Positions 1 to 8,630 of a stretch of DNA of 64,000 bases are shown here, one piece after another. The notes under the pieces were generated by a model. That model saw only the letters and a list, made by a program, of their open reading frames with translations, did no database searches and had not been told where the DNA came from. How positions within the stretch are numbered: position 1 is the first letter of the stretch; each line of letters opens with the position of its first letter. Location: IMG/VR virus record IMGVR_UViG_3300038443_000660, positions 66,082 through 130,081 of that record, one strand, 5' to 3'. A program made the position numbers and the translations under genes. Origin of the DNA: a virus. Taxonomy: Duplodnaviria; Heunggongvirae; Uroviricota; Caudoviricetes.

Positions 1-217
1 TGAGAGGGATATGTTCTATATGTTCGTTGTCATTCTCCATTCGAGAAATAATAAGATCGACTACACCTTTGGAATCAGGCCCACGGTCGATGTAGTCGCC
101 CACAAAGATAATTTTGGTGTCCTGTCCATGTGATTCGATATCTTTGTCAATAGCATCAAGCAAAGCCACCAATTCAGCTTTGCACCCATGCACGTCACCT
201 ATCGCATATAAAATCAT
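1..217 (-). CDS. Ser/Thr metallophosphatase (calcineurin-like), partial - C-terminus lies outside the window
   Basis: Minus-strand translation from ATG at 217 gives MILYAIGDVHGC...IFVGDYIDRGPDS, the GDxHG and GDxxDRG metallophosphoesterase motifs. The start overlaps the stop of the upstream gene (ATGA). Confidence 0.6.
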   Translation of the reverse strand, partial: MILYAIGDVHGCKAELVALLDAIDKDIESHGQDTKIIFVGDYIDRGPDSKGVVDLIISRMENDNEHIEHIPL

Positions 218-672
218 TCTGCTATTCCTTGCCCACAATCAAACACAAAAATATTCTTGTCATTGTAACAATTTTTTACAACATTGGGCCGGTCATCAAA
301 AGCCATGAAAATCGGACCATATTTTTCTTCAATTTCATCGACCAACTCTCTCTTGACTTCCCAATCTGGTCTGAAATCATTCTTCTTTCTCATATACATT
401 TCTGTATAATGCAAACCATTTTTTGCCAACCACGCTTCGGATTGTGGGCGTTCATTTTCTGAACGAGCGGTGACAATGAGATTGATTACATCTGGATTTG
501 CGGAAAGAAGTTTGTATAGCAACAATGTTTGCGGAATCGGATCGTCATTGACTGATTCCTGCATAAATTTTTTCCAGTTTTTTGGCTTTTCCTTGATTAA
601 GGGAAGCCGCCATGAACTGTCACTTAATGTTCCATCCAAATCATGGCAACAAATGAGTTTCTTCATTGACAA
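214..672 (-). CDS. HAD-superfamily phosphatase (polynucleotide 3'-phosphatase / nucleotidase-like)
   Basis: 152 aa; N-terminal CCHDLDGTL is the DxDGT HAD motif I; it sits next to a metallophosphatase. Confidence 0.55.
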   Translation of the reverse strand: MSMKKLICCHDLDGTLSDSSWRLPLIKEKPKNWKKFMQESVNDDPIPQTLLLYKLLSANPDVINLIVTARSENERPQSEAWLAKNGLHYTEMYMRKKNDFRPDWEVKRELVDEIEEKYGPIFMAFDDRPNVVKNCYNDKNIFVFDCGQGIAE

Positions 673-947
673 TTGTTTCCGTAAATTTGATTATTAAAAT
701 ATTCCACGATTTCAGGAGAAGCGGTTATCAGAACGAACTCGATATCAGTTAAACCCAATTCATCATCAGTCGATAGTTCTTCTTTGAGTAGTTCTTTTTC
801 TATCTCTATTTGGTTATCGTCCAAAACAACGTCATAGCCAACGAAATGCAAAATTTCAGTCAAAGCAATGTCATAGCCCACGAAATGCAAAATTTCAGCG
901 GTGTTATTTGGATTAACAGCAATTATTCCGGTTAAAAATTTATTCAT
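663..947 (-). CDS. hypothetical protein with internal tandem duplication
   Basis: 94 aa ORF; EILHFVGYD is repeated because of a ~39 bp direct DNA repeat at 841-900. Confidence 0.35.
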   Translation of the reverse strand: MNKFLTGIIAVNPNNTAEILHFVGYDIALTEILHFVGYDVVLDDNQIEIEKELLKEELSTDDELGLTDIEFVLITASPEIVEYFNNQIYGNNCQ

Positions 948-965
948 GTTTTCTAGTGTTTTAAA

Positions 966-1042
966 TGGTGCGACCGTTCGGACTCGAACCGAAATAGCAC
1001 CTGTTATGAGCAGGGGTCATTAACCAATTATGATACAGTCGC
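966..1042 (-). tRNA. tRNA-Met (anticodon CAU; elongator or Ile-lysidine type)
   Basis: Hand-folded cloverleaf: acceptor GCGACTG/CGGTCGC, T-loop TTCGAGT, anticodon loop CTCATAA, CCA encoded. Confidence 0.7.
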
Positions 1043-1331
1043 TTTATTTTAAAATGTAAGTGCAATACTCATGTGTGTCAAGAGATAATAAATCCAGTAT
1101 CCTACTGTTCCCATGCCAATAAAAGCAAATATCGACCCAAAAAACATAAGAGGATACAGAACATTTTCTAAATCTGTTTTAAACATTTACACTCTTTCAA
1201 ATTCATCTGGTTTCAAATCGATATATCGAATCGATTGAGTATAATCCTTGACGACAGCGAAGCCGGTTGGCAAGACAATGCTTGCCAACAACACACGTAA
1301 CCTATTTAGCACCATATTCATACTCTCTGTT

Positions 1332-2096
1332 TCACTTTTGCTTCTTTTTTGGAACCGGGCCTTTTCCCTCAATCCATAGTTCCAAATCTTCAACGGTAAA
1401 CCAACCGAAGTTATTGGTATCCTGTTCGTAAGGATTAAGCCAGTAAACTACCGGATACTTGGTGTCAATATCCGAAAATTTCGAAGACCAACGGGGAGAA
1501 CACGCAAAATACTTCTTACCCGCCGCATTCAGCTTATCATGAATTCCGGTCTTTTCCGACTCTGCCTTGAGCCGAATATTATCATCGATATCTTCATCGA
1601 ATTCCTTGATTTTGAATTCGGGAAGCTTATCGAGGTATACGAAATTCAGACCGGACTTTCCAGTCATTTTTGCGCTGATAAGAGGAACGACACGCTTTTT
1701 CATGATGTTGGTGTAAAGTTCCTCGACAACGGCCTTGTACGGTTCCTCGAAGGCCGCAAGAAGAAACCTGTTTTCATCCCAATAGGAAACAAAACCGTTT
1801 CGTGCGAAATAGTTATATTTTGGGCTAAGATTATACTGCTTAATCAAGGACGCTTCGTCATACCCATAGATACTCGTCATGGTTACGGCGGTGAGGGACT
1901 TCTTTTTGATAAATCGAATACTGTCTGTATTGCTGATTACTCGATCAGCGAAATAAGCGTCTTCACTGGCATTTACACCAAGTGAAGATTTCAACCTCTT
2001 GATGCCCCATTCGTGTTCCGATACATGGTCAAATCCCATCGAAAACCCGACTTCCGTAGGACCAACATCAGACAAACCCAACCGCATATCAATCAT
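1332..2096 (-). CDS. hypothetical protein
   Basis: 254 aa minus-strand ORF with no recognised motif; a TTGACA-type promoter lies just upstream (~2139-2144). Confidence 0.5.
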   Translation of the reverse strand: MIDMRLGLSDVGPTEVGFSMGFDHVSEHEWGIKRLKSSLGVNASEDAYFADRVISNTDSIRFIKKKSLTAVTMTSIYGYDEASLIKQYNLSPKYNYFARNGFVSYWDENRFLLAAFEEPYKAVVEELYTNIMKKRVVPLISAKMTGKSGLNFVYLDKLPEFKIKEFDEDIDDNIRLKAESEKTGIHDKLNAAGKKYFACSPRWSSKFSDIDTKYPVVYWLNPYEQDTNNFGWFTVEDLELWIEGKGPVPKKKQK

Positions 2097-2279
2097 CCTC
2101 TATTCAACTAATGTGTTTGTATTTCATAGATAATATATTGTCAAGACCTTTTATATAAAAAAGAGTAGTGGTTATCCACTACTCTTTCTTCATACGCTCT
2201 TGATGCGTCCATCGTTATCCCAATCTCATTGCAAGCGGTCGCCCCATGTATTGAGTGTGCCGAAGATTGAGCGTATTAT

Positions 2280-2480
2280 CTTTCAAAACCGTTTTCTAAT
2301 TCATACAATCTATCTAATTAACCTAAATGTTCTTAGCTAACCGAAACCGTTTACAAACATTTTAATCATCCTACCGTTTTCTAATTCATACAATCTATCT
2401 AATTAAAAACTAAATGTTCTTAGCTAAAGGAAATCATTCACGAACATTTATCTAATTCCTACTTTTCAAACATAATCTAT
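2280..2480. repeat. iteron-like direct repeats (2 full ~55 bp copies plus a partial third)
   Basis: accgttttctaattcatacaatctatctaatta..taaatgttcttagctaa occurs at ~2289-2340 and ~2374-2428; a related tctaattcctac...aatctatcaatctaa lies at ~2450-2478; the region has no long ORF. Confidence 0.6.
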
Positions 2481-2566
2481 CAATCTAACACACTAGAAAG
2501 AGGAACGGGTTACATGACTTTATCTCCTGTCTGTTTCACTCAATCTCAACTCAACCCTACATTTAT

Positions 2567-2595
2567 TAATATAATCGGATTCTATAGAATGTCAA
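2567..2595 (-). promoter_or_regulatory. sigma70-like promoter (TTGACA-N17-ATATTA) firing leftward into the repeat block
   Basis: Minus strand reads TTGACATTCTATAGAATCCGATTATATTA; it belongs to the conserved promoter family. Confidence 0.5.
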
Positions 2596-2605
2596 CACCT
2601 ATTTT

Positions 2606-3214
2606 TCAATAATATATAATTTTTTCGATGATATCCCACAATTCGGCTTCGTCCATTTTCTTGGAGAATGGGCATACATCGGGAGCAACTACAGGCTTGA
2701 TAATTCTGGCGTAATCTTTGATAATTTCGCCTCTTGTCAGATAAGTTATCGTTGGTTCATGGTATTTAATTCTATGGAATGCATCAGCAGACAAAGCATA
2801 TTCAGAACCTTCGGTCAGACTAAAGCTGCACACCATAGAAATATCAACCTCTTTTAGAAAATGCGGAGGCTTGCCTGCATCTTCCATAGAACACGACACT
2901 TCAAATAATCCCAAATCAGTAAATAACATGGAATCATAAACGAAAATTTCATTAGTCAACGAACCTTTTAGAATTCGACTTCTAAAAGTATATCGGTGGT
3001 CGTGAATTTCTTCATCATCCAGAATCGGCATCAACTCTGGATGATAGAAATGAATTCGTTCGTATTTATTCAGCTTCAATTGAATGAAACCAAGGCCAAA
3101 ATAGTGTGGAGTACCAAGAGTTTTTAGATACTCCACATTATTCTTATACAGCTTGTATTCTTGTAGTTCTATTTCCATCGTTATCATTATCCCTTTTTCT
3201 ATGCTTATCGACAA
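2606..3214 (-). CDS. hypothetical protein with His cluster (possible metal-binding / cupin-like)
   Basis: 202 aa; HFYHPELMP...EEIHDHRYTF; the true start is probably an internal Met (~3178-3187) because of a 70-nt overlap with the HNH gene. Confidence 0.45.
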   Translation of the reverse strand: MSISIEKGIMITMEIELQEYKLYKNNVEYLKTLGTPHYFGLGFIQLKLNKYERIHFYHPELMPILDDEEIHDHRYTFRSRILKGSLTNEIFVYDSMLFTDLGLFEVSCSMEDAGKPPHFLKEVDISMVCSFSLTEGSEYALSADAFHRIKYHEPTITYLTRGEIIKDYARIIKPVVAPDVCPFSKKMDEAELWDIIEKIIYY

Positions 3215-3779
3215 TCAGGTTATTGGTTGAGAATGCTGGCAAAAATTGTGCCCAATTAGGGTCATCAATCACCAATGGATATTTTGCCCGAATTTCAATC
3301 ATTTGAAAGAAAGACGGTTCGAAAATTTTCTTTTTCGGTTGCCACTTACCTACAGGCATGGATGCACCTTTCATCCGGTTACATTCCGGGCAGGATGCCA
3401 CCAGATTGGTCCATTCGGTCTTACCGCCTTTTGACAATGGCACAACGTGGTCATCCGTCATGGTGTTGCGTTGATGCTTTTGCTTTGTCAAAGGCATGTC
3501 ACACCAAAAACATCTTGTGTTATCTCTGTAATACAAGGCTTCTTTCGTCAATCTGACTTTGTTGATGAATTTTTTGGCATGTTTGGTCACAACCACAGAT
3601 GGCCAGTACAGGTCACGCCGAGAGGGCGTTAAAATTGGTCTATCATACCAATAAACGACATCAACTTTCCCTGATAGATATCCACAAATAGCGTCCCTTG
3701 CCAACACTGTTGACAATGGAAAAACTGAATGCGGCATAAATGATTGGTCCAGAACCAATGTCCTTAAATTGATTTCCAT
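3144..3779 (-). CDS. HNH endonuclease
   Basis: CFWCDMPL...DHVVPLSKGGKTEWTNLVASCPECNRMKG is a canonical HNH motif. Confidence 0.7.
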   Translation of the reverse strand: MEINLRTLVLDQSFMPHSVFPLSTVLARDAICGYLSGKVDVVYWYDRPILTPSRRDLYWPSVVVTKHAKKFINKVRLTKEALYYRDNTRCFWCDMPLTKQKHQRNTMTDDHVVPLSKGGKTEWTNLVASCPECNRMKGASMPVGKWQPKKKIFEPSFFQMIEIRAKYPLVIDDPNWAQFLPAFSTNNLIVDKHRKRDNDNDGNRTTRIQAV

Positions 3780-3848
3780 GGTTGCATCTTCATTTTTGAT
3801 AAATAAGACAGAGTATATAACATTTTCCTAGAAAGTTCAATAATAAAA

Positions 3849-5717
3849 ATGTCATTTAAGCATTTCATTACCGAAGCCTCTTTTAATTCCAAAGATGTTC
3901 CAGAAGTAATCAAAAAGGTTTCAAATATCGTATCAGATAAGCTTGGCAAGAAGTTGTATCCATACAATCAAACCGGTTATCAGGAATTGATGTCTGGTGG
4001 AAAAACATATCAATGTTATTTATTCTTCATGGACGACTGTAAAGCAGTAAGATTTAACACAATTAATGGAACTTTTGATTCTATTGAAATCTGGAATAAG
4101 TATAAAACGAATGGTATCGATGAACCGAAATCAGATTTCACTATCCGCCTAGATGGAATGAATATTCTAAAGGTTATTGATTCGCTTGTCAACGTGATTA
4201 AGAAGCCACGAGAAGGAACATATCGCATCAACGTAAACGAAGATTCTGACCAAAATAAGCAGATGATTTTTGAATCAAATGCTGCCGAAGAAGCCGCTAG
4301 ACTTGGATTGCAAAATCTTGGTTATGGTCGATATGGTCGTGAGATTGACGGCGAGATGGTTCAAACACATAGAGTTGATAAGTTGCGTGATCGATTGGTC
4401 GATTTTCAACCTACAGCACCAGAATCCAGAAAGAAGCAAGTCAAAGACCCTCATGACTGGCACATGATGGCAATTAAAACATTTGGTGATACCAAAAATC
4501 TTTCAAGATTATCGTGGTCCGATGTTGAAATCATTGCTGCCAAAAATGGCGTCACTATTCCCGGTTGGGTTAGAGCATCCGGTGTAGGCAAGGGGAAGAA
4601 CAAGACATTTTCTTCTGTTCCATCAGCGCATCTTACGCAACCCGCCGAAACCATGCAGCAGGCCGGTGAACATAAAGGCGTTCAATATTTTGCGAAAATA
4701 TCGCCTCGTGATCCTATCACCAATAAATTTACTTCTGTCAAAGATGATGAATACGCTCAACGCTTGACGAAAATGATGGATGCAGCCCTGAATGCCCCGT
4801 CACACGATGTGATTGAAAAAGAAATGGTCGATCCAGATACACTTTTTGGTAGAATGTCTGACCTAATTAAACTTATCGTCAAAGGCGTTTCTCCATCGTT
4901 GTTCATTTATGGTGGTCCCGGTATTGGTAAAACATTCATTGTTAACAAAACATTGAAAGAAGCTGGTTTGAAAAAGAATCAGGATTACTACATCGTTAAG
5001 GGTAAAATCACACCAACAGCCCTTTATCAAACTCTTTATACCCATAGAAATGGTAATACTATGTTGGTGTTTGACGATGCCGACTCCGCATTTAGAACAG
5101 AAGATTCAGCAAATATTTTGAAAGCCGCTCTTGATTCGTATGAAGAAAGAGAAATTTCATATTCATCCGCCAGAACCATTAACGTAGATAAGTGGTCTGA
5201 TGAAAAACGTGAAGCATATGAAGCTAAACTAGATAAGCATTTGTTGTCTATCGGTGATGACGATGACGATGACGATCTTGAAGACGATGACGATTTTGGT
5301 GCCGATGACAATGCGGCCTTTCCCGGCAATGGTCGTGGTATGAATAAAGGTGAAAAAAAGAAAAAGAAAAAAGAAGAAAAGATAACCAAACTTCCTTCAA
5401 AATTCAAATTCGATGGAAAAATCATCTTCATTTCAAACTTGGCTAGGGACCAAGTTGACGACGCTGTTCTTTCTCGTTCATATAAGATTGATATGGAAAT
5501 GACGGCTGAACAACGCTTCAAGCGCATGGAAAGCATTCTGCCGTATGTTGTACCAGAAGTTGAAGATACAGAGTTGAAAAAGCGTGTCATGGAAGCAATC
5601 AAAGTTAACCACAAGCTTGGTAAACTTGACCTTCCATCCATGAGAATGTTTGAATCTGGTATTAAAGTTGCAGCTTCTGGTTTACCTAACTGGAAGGAAC
5701 TATTAGATTATATCTAA
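3849..5717 (+). CDS. AAA+ ATPase with ~300-aa N-terminal domain of unknown function and poly-Asp/poly-Lys linker
   Basis: Walker A GGPGIGKT, Walker B MLVFDDAD and sensor region AVLSRSYKID; DDDDDDDLEDDDD then KKKKKKEEK; one of only two plus-strand genes. Confidence 0.75.
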   Translation: MSFKHFITEASFNSKDVPEVIKKVSNIVSDKLGKKLYPYNQTGYQELMSGGKTYQCYLFFMDDCKAVRFNTINGTFDSIEIWNKYKTNGIDEPKSDFTIRLDGMNILKVIDSLVNVIKKPREGTYRINVNEDSDQNKQMIFESNAAEEAARLGLQNLGYGRYGREIDGEMVQTHRVDKLRDRLVDFQPTAPESRKKQVKDPHDWHMMAIKTFGDTKNLSRLSWSDVEIIAAKNGVTIPGWVRASGVGKGKNKTFSSVPSAHLTQPAETMQQAGEHKGVQYFAKISPRDPITNKFTSVKDDEYAQRLTKMMDAALNAPSHDVIEKEMVDPDTLFGRMSDLIKLIVKGVSPSLFIYGGPGIGKTFIVNKTLKEAGLKKNQDYYIVKGKITPTALYQTLYTHRNGNTMLVFDDADSAFRTEDSANILKAALDSYEEREISYSSARTINVDKWSDEKREAYEAKLDKHLLSIGDDDDDDDLEDDDDFGADDNAAFPGNGRGMNKGEKKKKKKEEKITKLPSKFKFDGKIIFISNLARDQVDDAVLSRSYKIDMEMTAEQRFKRMESILPYVVPEVEDTELKKRVMEAIKVNHKLGKLDLPSMRMFESGIKVAASGLPNWKELLDYI

Positions 5718-5720
5718 TAC

Positions 5721-5752
5721 AAAAATAACCCCGGAATTTCCGGGGTTATTTG
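5721..5752. terminator. rho-independent terminator (palindromic hairpin)
   Basis: aaccccggaatttccggggtt followed by ttatttgatt, immediately after the plus-strand AAA+ gene. Confidence 0.6.
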
Positions 5753-5756
5753 ATTC

Positions 5757-5860
5757 TGGTAGGGGAAGTCAGACTCGAACTGACAATTGATATGCATATG
5801 CTTAACCGGAACATATCGGCGGCTCTACACCGCTGTGTCTACCAATTTCACCATTCCCCT
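5757..5860 (-). tRNA. class II tRNA, anticodon ambiguous (UAG-Leu or GUA-Tyr), unusually long (~104 nt)
   Basis: Acceptor AGGGGAA/TTCCCCT with CCA, 3-bp D stem, T-loop TTCGAGT; anticodon loop TGTAGAG has G at position 33; variable region ~35 nt. Confidence 0.45.
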
Positions 5861-5867
5861 AAGTTGG

Positions 5868-5949
5868 TATGGGCGACCGGACTCGAACCGGTACGGATAA
5901 ATCCGAGAGATTTTAAGTCTCTTGCGGCTACCAATTACGCCACGCCCAC
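5868..5949 (-). tRNA. tRNA-Leu (anticodon UAA), class II
   Basis: Acceptor GTGGGCG/CGCCCAT, anticodon stem AGAGA/TCTCT with loop CTTAAAA, variable arm CGGATTTATCCG, T-loop TTCGAGT. Confidence 0.65.
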
Positions 5950-5959
5950 ATATTTCTAT

Positions 5960-6241
5960 TTATATGATTTCATGACCGTCCATGAATGGTTTAACACACT
6001 CAATAGGGACCATGAACCATACTTTTGGCCTTGTATCTCGACAATCTTTGGCCATTTCGAATTCTTCCACACAGTAGCAAATCAAAGCAGCTTCAAACGC
6101 AACATTGTCTACAAGACAAACCGCTATCTTGTTATTGTATTTGTAACTAGGCGGTGCCATGCCAACCGGCTTGACCAAATCGCCATGGTCATTCAGGAAT
6201 TCACTCTTAGTTACATTCGCTGGATTTATATAGAAGCCCAT
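5960..6241 (-). CDS. hypothetical protein
   Basis: 93 aa minus-strand ORF that tiles with its neighbours. Confidence 0.4.
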   Translation of the reverse strand: MGFYINPANVTKSEFLNDHGDLVKPVGMAPPSYKYNNKIAVCLVDNVAFEAALICYCVEEFEMAKDCRDTRPKVWFMVPIECVKPFMDGHEII

Positions 6242-6543
6242 TACACGAACCTTTTCAAATCTTCAATATCGTCCATCCCATTAAGACGTTGTTCTTGCAA
6301 TTGCATCAAGATATCCATAAGCCATCCGTGCATTTTTGCAAGTTCGGTAATCATGGAATCATGCTGAATTCGAGCCATTTGGAACGTTTCAGGCTTCAAC
6401 TGATAGTCACGGCCATGCGGTCTAGCCTTTGCCATCATGTCGATAAGTTCTTTAGTTTTCTGGTACAATTCGTGATAGCGAATATAAAGTTCGTCACCAT
6501 CTGTACCATTGATATTAATCGTAGGAGCGATATTTTCACTCAT
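6241..6543 (-). CDS. hypothetical protein
   Basis: 100 aa ORF that tiles with its neighbours. Confidence 0.4.
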   Translation of the reverse strand: MSENIAPTININGTDGDELYIRYHELYQKTKELIDMMAKARPHGRDYQLKPETFQMARIQHDSMITELAKMHGWLMDILMQLQEQRLNGMDDIEDLKRFV

Positions 6544-6802
6544 GACAAATACCTCTTTTATTCAATCCCCGCTCCGCAAGCCTAAACCCAGAACGAATTT
6601 CAAGCAAGCGATTCGTGGACAACTCCGAATAGGTTTTCCACAACTTCATCCATTTCCACGGCGGAACATCGTCGGAAAAATCCATCAATTGCTGAATGAG
6701 ACGGCTTCGATCTATTTTCATGCTGCTAGTGCCTGCCCATAAACCGAATACCAACCCCGAAGCCATTCGAAGTAGAAACGGGTATTGACACGATACGGAC
6801 AA
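6536..6802 (-). CDS. hypothetical protein
   Basis: 88 aa ORF. Confidence 0.35.
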   Translation of the reverse strand: MSVSCQYPFLLRMASGLVFGLWAGTSSMKIDRSRLIQQLMDFSDDVPPWKWMKLWKTYSELSTNRLLEIRSGFRLAERGLNKRGICHE

Positions 6803-6899
6803 TTCGTCTGAAATCCATCAAGGGCGGCAGACCGGCCTTCACGAAAGAAAATTGATTCCATAATCAAACCCTCGTTTCGATTATTATGTATCACAGATT

Positions 6900-7136
6900 C
6901 TATCGAACGTCAAGTAGCGTTAGGTTAGAATCTATATCCTCGATTGTTACCATTCCAAGACGAATTGCGAATGTTTTGGCAGGAACCTTTTCTTTGCAAC
7001 GATATACCGCCAATTCTTTCGAACCATCTTCTTTTGTAACAATTTTGGTCCAATGATTAAACATTTCGAAATATTCAATCGCTCGATAAACAGACATTCG
7101 AATTTTCTTCGATTCATATGTGGAGTATTTTGCCAT
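6900..7136 (-). CDS. hypothetical protein
   Basis: 78 aa ORF. Confidence 0.35.
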   Translation of the reverse strand: MAKYSTYESKKIRMSVYRAIEYFEMFNHWTKIVTKEDGSKELAVYRCKEKVPAKTFAIRLGMVTIEDIDSNLTLLDVR

Positions 7137-7159
7137 GGCCTTACCAGTTATCAGAAAAT

Positions 7160-7417
7160 TTAAATTTCTGCTATTTCATTAAGATGCTTCTGGTTTTCTT
7201 CCGAAAACATGTGCCAGAATGAAGCTACCGAATTGATACCGATAACATCATGTGGTCCATTGTCTTCCTTGTCAACCTTGTCATAATGCTCGACACAATT
7301 CCATAGCTGTTCGTAGAGATTTCCGAAGTCGAACACACCATTCCAACATTCGGCAACCGTATCTGGCGTGATATATTTAAAGCGCTCGTGCGGTTTGATT
7401 TCAGTCATCATAGTCAA
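7160..7417 (-). CDS. hypothetical protein
   Basis: 85 aa ORF; its start overlaps the stop of the upstream gene. Confidence 0.4.
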   Translation of the reverse strand: MTMMTEIKPHERFKYITPDTVAECWNGVFDFGNLYEQLWNCVEHYDKVDKEDNGPHDVIGINSVASFWHMFSEENQKHLNEIAEI

Positions 7418-7767
7418 CCATTCACCGATTCCAGAAGTTCAACGATGGTATCAATTTCCTGCTGGCAATAGCCACCAGCCGAATTCTTGTCGTATGCATC
7501 CTTACCATGAATCATGTGCTTGACCATGTTCTTCTGCAAATCAACCGCCAATGCGGGAACTTTCTTGAAAATCTGTTCGTAAACAAAACTTTTCGGAAGC
7601 CGCCGCACGAAAGCAGTAAAATTAACCAGCGTGGTCGTTACAAATCCACCATTCATCAAATTTGCGGCCATAATCGCAGGCGCAATCGAAATGAACTGAA
7701 CGAACGGAAGCTTCTCGATTCGCATGGCGAGAGCAAGAACATCGTCAAACTTGGTGCTGTCGTACAT
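7414..7767 (-). CDS. hypothetical protein
   Basis: ORF-track start 7806 lies inside the promoter -10 element; internal Met at 7767 is preceded by AAAGAGGG. Confidence 0.45.
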   Translation of the reverse strand: MYDSTKFDDVLALAMRIEKLPFVQFISIAPAIMAANLMNGGFVTTTLVNFTAFVRRLPKSFVYEQIFKKVPALAVDLQKNMVKHMIHGKDAYDKNSAGGYCQQEIDTIVELLESVNG

Positions 7768-7799
7768 ATTCATTCCCTCTTTCACAAGTTCATTTATAT

Positions 7800-7827
7800 A
7801 ATACAAAAATGTAGGTGAATGTCAACG
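7800..7827 (-). promoter_or_regulatory. sigma70-like promoter TTGACA-N16-TATTAT (conserved family)
   Basis: Minus strand: TTGACATTCACCTACATTTTTGTATTAT. Confidence 0.6.
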
Positions 7828-7831
7828 GCTT

Positions 7832-8110
7832 TTAATGAACGCCATTGTTAAAATTGCGGCCATACAATTCATAATAATATTCAAGGAAAGTTCCGTATTT
7901 TCCGGTATCGTGGTTCAGAAACAGCTTGGCCTTTTCGATGGTATCGACTTCATGGTATTTGAGTTCACCCATGTTGTGAATCTTGTTATCGATAGTCATC
8001 ATCAGGTCAGCGGTTTTACGGTCACAGTCAACCGTCATCAGTGCTTTGACGTTGTTATACACACCCTTGACGGTGAACGAAGAAGCATAAATCATATCAA
8101 AATTCCTCAC
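7832..8110 (-). CDS. hypothetical protein
   Basis: 92 aa ORF. Confidence 0.4.
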   Translation of the reverse strand: MRNFDMIYASSFTVKGVYNNVKALMTVDCDRKTADLMMTIDNKIHNMGELKYHEVDTIEKAKLFLNHDTGKYGTFLEYYYELYGRNFNNGVH

Positions 8111-8125
8111 AATTTTAGTTATCTC

Positions 8126-8320
8126 TTAATCTTCGATTTCAGCCTGCCATGTCTTACCACCATCCATGCGGCTAAAAATAGATTCTCTTTCGGCTTCTGC
8201 CTTTGCAAACTTGATTGCTTCGGCTTTAGTTCTGGCCTCGACATAGGTTTCCCAAGAATGGTGATATACACTCGGATACTTCAATTTCGCAACCACTCGA
8301 TATTTGTGATATGCTTTCAT
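8126..8320 (-). CDS. hypothetical protein
   Basis: 64 aa ORF. Confidence 0.3.
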   Translation of the reverse strand: MKAYHKYRVVAKLKYPSVYHHSWETYVEARTKAEAIKFAKAEAERESIFSRMDGGKTWQAEIED

Positions 8321-8336
8321 ATCATAGTTTTCCTAA

Positions 8337-8567
8337 TTAATTCTGGTGAACCAAACGACCTTCATACCATCGAGGAAATATAACAACGTCGAGCATACCT
8401 TGCGTTTCGTAGTGACAGTATCCTTTATATTGATACCCAAAAAAATCACTTTTAGTTATATGCTTGCTTCCAACCGTTTCCATAATCCCGTCAATGATAA
8501 CTGTATCACCTATCCGAAGTTGCGAAATATGAACTTTTTTAGTAGTAAAACGAACCGGTAAATTCAT
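8337..8567 (-). CDS. hypothetical protein
   Basis: 76 aa ORF directly downstream of a promoter. Confidence 0.4.
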   Translation of the reverse strand: MNLPVRFTTKKVHISQLRIGDTVIIDGIMETVGSKHITKSDFFGYQYKGYCHYETQGMLDVVIFPRWYEGRLVHQN

Positions 8568-8597
8568 AAACTCAACTCCATCAGTAATCTATAATTT

Positions 8598-8625
8598 ATA
8601 TTATTGAAATTTGTAGAAATGTCAA
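8598..8625 (-). promoter_or_regulatory. sigma70-like promoter TTGACA-N16-TAATAT (conserved family)
   Basis: Minus strand: TTGACATTTCTACAAATTTCAATAATAT. Confidence 0.6.
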
Positions 8626-8630
8626 CACCA

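Noticed and set aside
1539-1985. Plus-strand ORFs nested inside long minus-strand genes (also 7835-8383, 9180-9627, 41268-41852, 45402-45923)
   Set aside because: They are fully embedded antisense to better-supported genes with motifs or operon tiling, and have no promoter or RBS context.
5750-6367. 205-aa plus-strand ORF
   Set aside because: It runs straight through two minus-strand tRNA genes and the 5' end of neighbouring genes; frame-through artefact.
7768-7806. ORF-track N-terminal extensions (7414-7806, 10311-10532, 28154-28459, 25010-25477, 36955-37338)
   Set aside because: The extensions overlap mapped promoter elements or tRNA genes; downstream Met starts with SD-like sequences were used instead.
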